Shown one piece after another: positions 28,900 through 36,650 of a DNA stretch of 64,000 bases. Made by a program: the position numbers and the translations under genes. The notes below the pieces were generated by a model. That model was not told the DNA's origin, did no database searches, and saw nothing but the letters and a program-made list of their open reading frames with translations. Origin of the DNA: an uncultured Gemmatimonadales bacterium (GTDB taxonomy: Bacteria; Gemmatimonadota; Gemmatimonadetes; Palauibacterales; Palauibacteraceae); the NCBI GenBank assembly GCA_947259585.1, contig CAMYMV010000002.1, positions 3,925 through 67,924 on the forward strand. Direction: 5' to 3'. The number at the start of each line of letters is the position of its first letter. Position 1 is the stretch's first letter.

Positions 28900-29490
28900 T
28901 CACAGGTCTCTCAACACGCGGGCGCCGAAGCGACTCGCGTCCGAAACGTTCTCCCACATCTCGGCGTGCAGCTGCGAGATGACGACCTGTCGCACGAGCA
29001 GATCCGGCCGCTCCAGCGCGCCGACGCCGATCTCCACGGCGGCTTCCACATCGGCCACGAGCCCGGAGTAGAGGACGATCCCCTTTCCGCCGAGGCCGTC
29101 GGCCAGGCGGACCTCGACCAGGCGAACATCGGCCCCTTTCACTCCCGCATCCGCGGCGTGGATCGCCGAGGCGACGGTGGTCGTCTCGACGACGCCCAGA
29201 GCGTCCGCGGTGCCTGGCACCCGGCCGCCGCCGATGGCGTCCACGACCTCGGAATGAACGTTGGGAAGGAACACGAGGTCGAGGACCGTATCTCCGCCTG
29301 CCTCGCGTCCCGCATCCAGCGACTCCTGGACTTCCGCGACGGTACCGCCGATCAGAACGAGATAACGGCCCGGCTGCACCGTCCCGGCCCGGATGACGGC
29401 GATATCGGCCCGCTTGACCATGGCGTCGGCCGCCTCGATGCCTACGGCGATGCTGCTGAAGTCGATGAGGGCGAGGGCCGGGTCGATCAT
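28900..29490 (-). CDS. BMC-T tandem-domain shell protein (PduT-like single-layer type)
   Basis: Two BMC domains: [14 protein letters not shown] and ALGVVET...AADAGVK...GLGGKG. Confidence 0.93.
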   Translation of the reverse strand: MIDPALALIDFSSIAVGIEAADAMVKRADIAVIRAGTVQPGRYLVLIGGTVAEVQESLDAGREAGGDTVLDLVFLPNVHSEVVDAIGGGRVPGTADALGVVETTTVASAIHAADAGVKGADVRLVEVRLADGLGGKGIVLYSGLVADVEAAVEIGVGALERPDLLVRQVVISQLHAEMWENVSDASRFGARVLRDL

Positions 29491-30953
29491 ACGATTCGGA
29501 ACGAGTCCTTCAGCACGCAGCGGCGGATACGGCTGAAGCTGATCGGGTTGGTGATTCCCTCTCCCGTCGGGCTGGCGATCGTGAAGGAGCAGAAGCCCTC
29601 GCCGCCGTAGCCGAGTCCGTCGAAAGACGCGCCGTTCTTGACGAAGATGCTGCAGTCCATCTCACGTGCCATCCGGCTCAGATGGTCCAGGTTCTTGGAG
29701 TGCATGACGGCGGTGTGCCTGAACCCGTGCTCCGCGGGCTTGGCGAGATCGATCCCCTCGTCCGCGTCCCGAACTCTCACGAGCGGCATGATCGGCATCA
29801 TCTGCTCGGAGAAGACGAGCGGGTCGTCCCGGTCCACCTCGGCCAGCACCAGCCGCACATCATCGCTTGCATCGATTCCGATCTCGGCCAGAAGCACCCC
29901 CGCGTTCTTGCCGATAAAATCGGCGTTCATCGTGCCGTGCCGTCCGGGCGATGGCGTGTCCTTGAACAGGGAGCCACGCAGCCGCTCCAGCTGGCGGCCG
30001 TCGATCTCCACCGCCCCGTGCGCGCACATGGCCGCCTTGAGGTCGTCGGCGATCGAGTCGGCGGCGAAGACCTCCTTCTCGTCGGTGCAGATGATGTTGT
30101 TGTCCAGCGAGGCTCCGCGGACGATGTCGCGTCCGGCCTGCGCCAGATCGGCGGTCTCATCCACGACCACGGGCGGGTTGCCCGGGCCGGCGCAGATCGC
30201 GCGCTTCCCGCTCTGCATCGCCGCGCGGACGACGCCGATGCCTCCCGTGACCACCAGGAGGTTGACCCCCTTGTGTCCCATGATCTGGCCCGCTGTCTCG
30301 ATCGTCGGCTCGGCCGTGGCGCAGACCAGGTTGGCGGGACCTCCCGCCTCGACGACGGCGTCGTTGACCAGCTGAACCGTCAGGTTGGAGCACCGCTTGG
30401 CTCCGGGATGGGCGTTGAACAGGACCGCGTTGCCCGCCGCCAACATGCTGACAGCGTTGCACACCACGGTCGAGATCGGGTTCGTGCTCGGGATGATGGA
30501 GCCGATGAGCCCGTACGGCGCGAACTCGACCACCGTGAGCCCGCCGTCGCCGCTCCAGGCGCGCGTGTCGAGAAACTCGGTACCCGGAGCCTTGTTCGCG
30601 TTCAGGAGGACCTTCTCGATCTTGTCCTCGTAGCGACCCATTCCGGTCTCCGCCCACGCCTCGTAGGCCAGGCGTTGGGCGTTCTCGCGCATCGTCCGGC
30701 GGACGTGGGCGATCATCCGCTCGCGGACCGAGAGGGGAAGGTCCTGGAGATGCTCGTACGCCCGCCGCGCGGCGTCTACCGCCGAGTCAACGTCGGGAAA
30801 CAGGTTGTCGCCATGGCGCAGCTCGGTCGGGGCGGGTGGCGGCTCGACCGCCTGCTTGGGCTCGGGCCTCGGGCCGTGCCCGACCCGTTGACCCTGCCGC
30901 AGCTCGGACATCACACGTTCGATGACCGCGTCGATCTCGGCCGCTTCCATCAT
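29487..30953 (-). CDS. CoA-acylating aldehyde dehydrogenase (EutE/PduP family) with N-terminal encapsulation peptide
   Basis: IPSTNP, AGPGNPP, DNNIIC.DEKE, EQMMP and TIASPTGEG motifs. Confidence 0.94.
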   Translation of the reverse strand: MMEAAEIDAVIERVMSELRQGQRVGHGPRPEPKQAVEPPPAPTELRHGDNLFPDVDSAVDAARRAYEHLQDLPLSVRERMIAHVRRTMRENAQRLAYEAWAETGMGRYEDKIEKVLLNANKAPGTEFLDTRAWSGDGGLTVVEFAPYGLIGSIIPSTNPISTVVCNAVSMLAAGNAVLFNAHPGAKRCSNLTVQLVNDAVVEAGGPANLVCATAEPTIETAGQIMGHKGVNLLVVTGGIGVVRAAMQSGKRAICAGPGNPPVVVDETADLAQAGRDIVRGASLDNNIICTDEKEVFAADSIADDLKAAMCAHGAVEIDGRQLERLRGSLFKDTPSPGRHGTMNADFIGKNAGVLLAEIGIDASDDVRLVLAEVDRDDPLVFSEQMMPIMPLVRVRDADEGIDLAKPAEHGFRHTAVMHSKNLDHLSRMAREMDCSIFVKNGASFDGLGYGGEGFCSFTIASPTGEGITNPISFSRIRRCVLKDSFRIV

Positions 30954-31249
30954 CCGTCACGAGCCTTGTCGTACTTCACGTCGCCGTCGACCTCGAGGGT
31001 GTCGACGATCGCCATGATCACGCCGTCACAAGGGCGCCGGTCCGTCATCTCGGTCTGTCGGGCGGCGCTACCCGTGGCGTACAACACGACCTCGCCCATG
31101 CCGGCTCCGATGGCGTCCGCCGCGACGCGGTAGCCCGACGTCTTCTTCCCTTCGACGTCGAGCTGCCTCAGAACGAGGAACTTCAGGCCCTCGAGAGAGG
31201 GTTCCTTACGTGACGCGACGAGCGTTCCGACCACTCTTCCTAGCAGCAT
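30950..31249 (-). CDS. BMC pentamer (EutN/CcmL family)
   Basis: [12 protein letters not shown]...DAIGAG.GE...GSAAR...IMAIVD. Confidence 0.96.
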   Translation of the reverse strand: MLLGRVVGTLVASRKEPSLEGLKFLVLRQLDVEGKKTSGYRVAADAIGAGMGEVVLYATGSAARQTEMTDRRPCDGVIMAIVDTLEVDGDVKYDKARDG

Positions 31250-31255
31250 CGGCCG

Positions 31256-31582
31256 TTACTTCTTCGAGGTCTTGGACGCCTGCCCTCCCTGGCGACCCAG
31301 CGGCAGGGTACGATCCACGTTGCCGTGCGGGCGCGGAATCACGTGAATGGCCACGAGCTCGCCGACCTTCTCCGCACCGCGGGCCCCGGCCTCGACCGCC
31401 GCCTTCACGGCGGCCACATCTCCGCGCACGACGGCGGTCACGTACCCTCCGCCGATCTTCTCGTAGGCAACGAGGTCTACCTTGGCCGCCTTAACCATGG
31501 CGTCCGCGGCCTCGACCATCGCCGGATAGCTGCGCGTCTCGATCATGCCCAGCGCTTCGACCGCACCGTACTCCTCAGCCAT
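31256..31582 (-). CDS. BMC-H hexameric shell protein
   Basis: ALGMIE...[10 protein letters not shown]...[10 protein letters not shown]...HVIPRPH. Confidence 0.97.
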   Translation of the reverse strand: MAEEYGAVEALGMIETRSYPAMVEAADAMVKAAKVDLVAYEKIGGGYVTAVVRGDVAAVKAAVEAGARGAEKVGELVAIHVIPRPHGNVDRTLPLGRQGGQASKTSKK

Positions 31583-31669
31583 TCGTCCCTCCCGACGTGG
31601 GTTGTTTCCTCATGCTCCACACATCATCCAGTACTTGCTTCAGTTATTGCTTCAGATCCAGGTCGTGCA

Positions 31670-32308
31670 TCAGGTCCGTCGCTTCGTATCCACCACCCGT
31701 CCTTCGACGCCCTCGATGGCGGCGACGGCCGCTCCGTATCCGGCCATGATGTCTCGCTCCTCGCCGCCCAGGTACACCCGCCCGAAGCTTCCGAACGCGC
31801 GGACATCCAGGATGTTGATGTCCGCTTCCTTCTCTGCCTCGTTGGCGGCGAGCGACGCGTATCCGGCCGGCTCCACCTCGAGGACGTAAAGGGTCTGGCC
31901 GGCCAACAGCATGTGGCCGAAGCGCATGCGGTTGACCAGCTGTACCTGGTGGGCGTCGACGTGACGGATGATCTGGCTCGACACGACCCTCGGCTTGATC
32001 CGGTCCGATTCCTGGACCTCCAGGGCCTGCAGGATCGCCGCGCCCGCCGCCCGGACTTCCGCCTGTATTTCGTGGTGGACCTCCAGCAAGCCGAACAGGC
32101 GCTCGACGATCTGCATCCCGGGCCGGACCCGGGTGGATTTGAGCGCGATGTCGGTGATCCGGTTGATCTCGATTCCGGGCGAGATCTCAACCCAGAGTGA
32201 CGTGTCACCCGGAAGCGGGAGGAATCCGCGCGCCACCGTTCCCAGGTATGCCGCGTGCTGCGGCTGGAGGCTGTCGAGAAAAACGTAGGTGCGGAGATCA
32301 ACAGTCAT
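31670..32308 (-). CDS. BMC-T permuted double-layer shell protein (CcmP/CsoS1D-like)
   Basis: [30 protein letters not shown] and FGSFGR motifs. Confidence 0.93.
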   Translation of the reverse strand: MTVDLRTYVFLDSLQPQHAAYLGTVARGFLPLPGDTSLWVEISPGIEINRITDIALKSTRVRPGMQIVERLFGLLEVHHEIQAEVRAAGAAILQALEVQESDRIKPRVVSSQIIRHVDAHQVQLVNRMRFGHMLLAGQTLYVLEVEPAGYASLAANEAEKEADINILDVRAFGSFGRVYLGGEERDIMAGYGAAVAAIEGVEGRVVDTKRRT

Positions 32309-32317
32309 GGGAGCTCC

Positions 32318-33187
32318 TCACGAGTCAGTTCCCTCCACGATCTTCACGCTCGCACTGGCGCCGATTCGGGTGGCGCCGGCTTCGACCATTCTTTGCACGT
32401 CCTCGCGGGTTCGAATCCCGCCGGACGCCTTCACGCCGATCTTTGGCCCGACCACGCGACGCATGAGTGCCACGTCTTCCGCCGTCGCGCCTCCGGGGCC
32501 GAATCCCGTGGAGGTCTTCACGAAGTCTGCGCCGGCGACCTTGGCGAGCTGGGAGGCCGCGACCTTCTCATCGTTCGTGAGCAGTGCGGCTTCGATGATC
32601 ACCTTCAGGATACCCCCACCGGCGTGGACCGCCGTGGCGACGGAGGCGATGTCATGCTCCACGAGCTCGTAGTCACGTGACTTCAGCGCCCCGACGTTGA
32701 TCACCATGTCGACCTCTTTGGCGCCGTCGCGCACCGCTTTCTGCGCCTCGAACGTCTTCGCCTCCGTGGAGGTGGCGCCGAGCGGAAAGCCGACGACCGT
32801 GCAGGTGAGCACCTCGCTACCCTTGAGGAGATCGGCGCACAGTTTCACATGGGATGGGTTCACGCAGACCGACGCGAAGCCGTGCTTGCGCGCCTCGTAG
32901 CACAGCTGCGCGATCTCGTCGTGGGTCGCGTCGGGCCTCAGGAGCGTGTGGTCGATGAGATGGCTCAGGCTCCCGTCGGCGGGCACGATGCCCAGGGTGC
33001 TGGCGACCCGATCGGCGCCGGCCTTGACCACCGGCTGCACTCGATCGACGTAGTTGCGTCGTGAGAGCGGCGTCTCGAGGCCCGATGCCTCGCCGCCGAC
33101 GTCCAGACGGCCCTCCTCGACGAGGACCATCACCTCGTGCGTGATCTGCTCGATGATGCGCTCCAGCGTCGCCTCGTCCAACTTCAT
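32318..33187 (-). CDS. deoC: Deoxyribose-phosphate aldolase with N-terminal encapsulation peptide
   Basis: [31 protein letters not shown] and RIGAS motifs; about 70-aa extension. Confidence 0.95.
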   Translation of the reverse strand: MKLDEATLERIIEQITHEVMVLVEEGRLDVGGEASGLETPLSRRNYVDRVQPVVKAGADRVASTLGIVPADGSLSHLIDHTLLRPDATHDEIAQLCYEARKHGFASVCVNPSHVKLCADLLKGSEVLTCTVVGFPLGATSTEAKTFEAQKAVRDGAKEVDMVINVGALKSRDYELVEHDIASVATAVHAGGGILKVIIEAALLTNDEKVAASQLAKVAGADFVKTSTGFGPGGATAEDVALMRRVVGPKIGVKASGGIRTREDVQRMVEAGATRIGASASVKIVEGTDS

Positions 33188-33230
33188 CGCCCGAGACTCC
33201 CGGCGGGCCCGTGCCTGCCCCTGCTCACGC

Positions 33231-33980
33231 TCATGCTCTTAGGAACCGACGCTCGATGTCCATGATCTTCCCCACGCGCCGGGCGTGGCGCTCGCCGCCG
33301 GAAGGCGTGCGAAGCCAGGTCTCGACGATCCGCCGGCTCAAGCTCGGGCCGGTCAGGCCGGCGCCGAGCGTCAAGACGTTGGCCGCGTTGTGCTCCCTGC
33401 TGTTGACCGCCGTGGCCTCATCGTAGCACATCGCGGCTCGGATACCGGGCACCTTGTTCGCGGCCATGCAGGACCCGATCCCCGCGCCGTCCACCAGGAT
33501 TCCCCTCCACGCCTCGCCCCGAGCCACCAGTTGGGCCACCGACAGAGCGATATCGGGGTAATCGACCGATTCCGTGCTGTCGGTGCCGCAGTCGAGCACC
33601 TCGTACCCCAGCTCGCGTATCTGCGTCTTGAGACCCTCCTTCAGCTCGAATCCGCCGTGATCCGCTCCGATGGCGACGCGCTTGGACCCGGCGGGCCCGG
33701 AGGAGGCCGCCTCGAGGGCTGCCGGGAGTGGCCGTACCGGAGCGGATGAGCCCGCACCTCCGGCGGGCAACAGCGTGATCCGTCGCTCCATCGCGGCCTG
33801 ACGGGCCAGCGGAGTGACCATCGGGCTGGCCGGAAGCATGAACTCGCCGCCGGCAGGGACGTCGTGCAGGTCCTGCTGAGTAATCAGGGTCCGACCAGCC
33901 GGCCCTTGAGGATGGGTCTTCCCCACGGTCCGGTAGACGACCCGGCGAACCATCTCGCGGACCCGCTGCTCGTCGGTCAT
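33231..33980 (-). CDS. rpiB: RpiB/LacA/LacB-family sugar-phosphate isomerase with N-terminal extension
   Basis: [25 protein letters not shown] and RHARRV motifs. Start may be GTG 33986, overlapping the TetR stop. Confidence 0.88.
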   Translation of the reverse strand: MTDEQRVREMVRRVVYRTVGKTHPQGPAGRTLITQQDLHDVPAGGEFMLPASPMVTPLARQAAMERRITLLPAGGAGSSAPVRPLPAALEAASSGPAGSKRVAIGADHGGFELKEGLKTQIRELGYEVLDCGTDSTESVDYPDIALSVAQLVARGEAWRGILVDGAGIGSCMAANKVPGIRAAMCYDEATAVNSREHNAANVLTLGAGLTGPSLSRRIVETWLRTPSGGERHARRVGKIMDIERRFLRA

Positions 33981-33982
33981 CG

Positions 33983-34687
33983 TCACCAGTAGCGCCATCC
34001 GGAAGCGTCAGCCGTTTCCGCCGGTTCCGCCGCCTCGACCGGTTCCAGAAACGAGTCTCCCTCCGCCGACCTGAACGCCTCCGCGGGTTCGCGGCGTGAG
34101 TAGCTCGCCAGCAGCCGGAAATAGGAGCGAAGCTGGGCCACGGCGGCGTCAAACGGATCCACGGAACCGGCCGCCCGGGCCTGCATCACTCCCCCCTCCA
34201 TCACGGCAAGGACCAATCGGGACAGGCTCTCCCGGTCGAGTTGGGCCGGGAGTCGGTCATCGGCGGCCGCGAGCCATGTCTGAACGCGGCCGGTCCATGC
34301 CGCGAAGTATTCGTTCATGAGAGCTCTCGCCCTCGGTTTTCTGTCGCCGAGCTCCAGAGCGAGGTTGCCGACGGGGCACCCTCTCGTGCATCCGCTGACC
34401 AGCAGTCCTCGCCGGTAGACCTCCAACAGGGCGAAAACCCGCTCGATCGGGTCGGAGCTCGCGCCCTCGGCAGGCAGGAGGATAAACGGCTCGAGAAGAG
34501 CGAGATGCCGCTCCAGGACGCCGATCAACAGGGCGTCCTTGCCCGGGAAGAAGTGATAGAGACTGCCGCTGTTGACGCCCGCGCGACGCAGTATCGTGGA
34601 GATACCCGTCGCCGAGTAGCCCTGCTCGTGGAAGAGTCGGGCCGCTTCCTCCAGAATCCGCTCTCTGGTCTCGGATTTCGGCGTCAT
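33983..34687 (-). CDS. TetR-family regulator (NemR/LmrA-like C-terminal domain)
   Basis: HTH QGYSATGISTIL...GSLYHFFPGK; GCPVGNLALE; VMEGG. Confidence 0.93.
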   Translation of the reverse strand: MTPKSETRERILEEAARLFHEQGYSATGISTILRRAGVNSGSLYHFFPGKDALLIGVLERHLALLEPFILLPAEGASSDPIERVFALLEVYRRGLLVSGCTRGCPVGNLALELGDRKPRARALMNEYFAAWTGRVQTWLAAADDRLPAQLDRESLSRLVLAVMEGGVMQARAAGSVDPFDAAVAQLRSYFRLLASYSRREPAEAFRSAEGDSFLEPVEAAEPAETADASGWRYW

Positions 34688-34703
34688 TTGATTGAGCAAT
34701 CAA
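34688..34703. promoter_or_regulatory. Palindromic operator 1 (TTGATTGAGCAATCAA)
   Basis: Near-perfect inverted repeat directly abutting the TetR ATG. Confidence 0.8.
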
Positions 34704-34803
34704 TAAACATTCCGGGCAATTCGACGGTTCAGAGCACCTGTCGAGAGAGATTACGCCCGTGCGCCCGACTCCCGGTCAACAGGACCCCGACGAGAGCCAT
34801 GGC

Positions 34804-34819
34804 TTGATTGATCAATCAA
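34804..34819. promoter_or_regulatory. Palindromic operator 2 (TTGATTGATCAATCAA)
   Basis: Perfect 16-bp palindrome, 15/16 identical to operator 1; minus-strand TTGACA at 34837-34842. Confidence 0.8.
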
Positions 34820-34888
34820 TCATAATTCGCGGCAAATGTCAAGTCGCGGGTCGGATTCGGCCCGCTGGATCAGGTGCACCAAAGCGTC

Positions 34889-35464
34889 CTACCCGGAATC
34901 CAGCGCTCGACGCGCCGCCAGTGCCTCCGTATACCATAGGAGCTCGTCGATGAAGCGTTCAGCGCTCTTCTCGTACGCCGGATCCTCGGTCTCTCCCTCC
35001 TCATCGAAGCTGGATTGGACCTGCCTCACCGGAAACTTCGCCGGGATGGGAAGGGCGCCCAGCGAGAGAACCACCTGGCGGAGCTGGGTAAGAGCGCTCA
35101 GGCCGCCCCACGGCCCCGCCGACACGCTGATGATGCCGACGGGCTTCCGGCGGTATTCGGGGAGCAGGTGGTCCAGCGCATTCTTGAGCACTCCCGGATA
35201 CCCGCTGTTGTACTCCGGCGTGACGATCACCAGCGCATCGGCGCCGGCGATCCGTTCGCTGAACTCCGTCAGGCCGGGGGGTGGGTCGTCACGCTGCCGC
35301 AGTCGCTCCTCCATGATCGGGAAGTCGTATTGCGCCAGGTCGAGGAGGTCGGACTCGATCCCGTCCCTCTCCGCGAGTCGCCGCTGTATGAAGCGGGCCA
35401 CCTTGGGGGTCTGACGGCCGCGCCGCGTGCTGCCTACGATCACCGGTATGTTGAAAGCTCCCAC
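34889..35464 (-). CDS. NADPH-dependent FMN reductase family protein
   Basis: GSTRRGR and VTPEYNSGYPGVLKNALD motifs. Confidence 0.92.
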   Translation of the reverse strand: MGAFNIPVIVGSTRRGRQTPKVARFIQRRLAERDGIESDLLDLAQYDFPIMEERLRQRDDPPPGLTEFSERIAGADALVIVTPEYNSGYPGVLKNALDHLLPEYRRKPVGIISVSAGPWGGLSALTQLRQVVLSLGALPIPAKFPVRQVQSSFDEEGETEDPAYEKSAERFIDELLWYTEALAARRALDSG

Positions 35465-35550
35465 GGAAGCCGCTCCTCCACCTTGAGTTGTCCGAGTCCT
35501 CGAGCCGACTATGGGTCGAGAGAGTTCAGCCGGAGCCGGCCGAAAGGGGG

Positions 35551-36090
35551 TTACCAGCTCCCGGGCTCCCCGCCCGGATCTCCGAGTTTCCGGAACGACG
35601 GGGCCTCGGGATCTCGAACGCTGCAGTTCGCCTCGAACCGAAGGGTGGTACCCCCGTCGGGCCGATCGCCGCTCTTGTACATGTCGTACGTGAGCAGGAC
35701 CGGAGCGCTGTTCCTAACGAAGCTGCCGGGCACGACATCGACCTCCATCGTCAGCACGCCGCCCGCCGAGGCGGGGCGGGGAATCCACGCGACGCCCGCG
35801 TCCGACCGGATCACGACCTCGTCGGTGTCCTTCCACTTTCGAAGGCTCACGTTCACCATATTGTATCGTCCGCCGGTCGCCTCACGGGTGACTCGGTTCG
35901 CCTCCGTCGTAAAGCCGAGCTCGGGCCGCGAGGCGTCGTCACAGAGGATCCGGATCTTGTATTCGTTCTCCTCGGTCCGAACAACCGCAGACCCCTCCGA
36001 CAGCTCGCGCCGCGACTCGTCCTGGGCAGCCCCGACCGAGGGTGTGAGCAGCAGCACCGACAACACCCAGAGCGAGTTTCTCATAGTCAT
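35551..36090 (-). CDS. Secreted hypothetical protein
   Basis: Signal peptide ending VGAAQ; coding-like composition. Confidence 0.7.
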   Translation of the reverse strand: MTMRNSLWVLSVLLLTPSVGAAQDESRRELSEGSAVVRTEENEYKIRILCDDASRPELGFTTEANRVTREATGGRYNMVNVSLRKWKDTDEVVIRSDAGVAWIPRPASAGGVLTMEVDVVPGSFVRNSAPVLLTYDMYKSGDRPDGGTTLRFEANCSVRDPEAPSFRKLGDPGGEPGSW

Positions 36091-36650
36091 GTCAGTTATC
36101 CGTGTTCTTGGCTTTGAACGCGCCGGTGACCCTCACGCTTCTTTTGCGGCCGCCGCACGCAGTTCTAACACTATTAGGTTGCCGTCGAGCGTGCCGGTGT
36201 CGTCGATGTGCCCAACGAGGTAGGACCCGCCCGAGGTCTCGTTCAGATAGCTGGCGCACCAATAGCGCCTTGCGTCCTCTGGGTCTACATCGGGTTCGTC
36301 GTCTCCGCGAGCACCCCCCTGCTGTTTTCTGCGGCGGTCAACCTCGACAGGCCGCGGCAACGCTGCTCCAGCGGCTCCTGCTCCTTCGCTGCTTCCTCCC
36401 ATCCACCGCGACGCGTTCACAAGCGAAAGGAACTCAGCAGCATGCCAAGACGATGCACGCCAGTCTCACCGTGGCAAGCCGGTGCGCGACATTACCCGCG
36501 GGCGAGTGTTCTGGCGGCCACGACGGCGGTAGCTTTTCGTTACCGCGGCCGTCGCGTGGAAGGGCGCGGAGTCGCTCACCTGACCGGGGTGGGGGGAGGG
36601 GTCAGCGAAGAGGCCCCCGGACGTACTTTCCGAACACGAGAGAGACGAAG

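Noticed and set aside
34815-34842. TTGACA plus TATGAT as the sigma70 promoter of the BMC operon
   Set aside because: Only 12 nt apart, so a specific promoter cannot be called; only the operators are reported.
36133-36420. 95-aa minus-strand ORF
   Set aside because: No RBS or motif; not called as a CDS.
36102-36650. Upstream extension of the M16 ORF
   Set aside because: Non-protein-like sequence; the signal peptide begins at ATG 36651.
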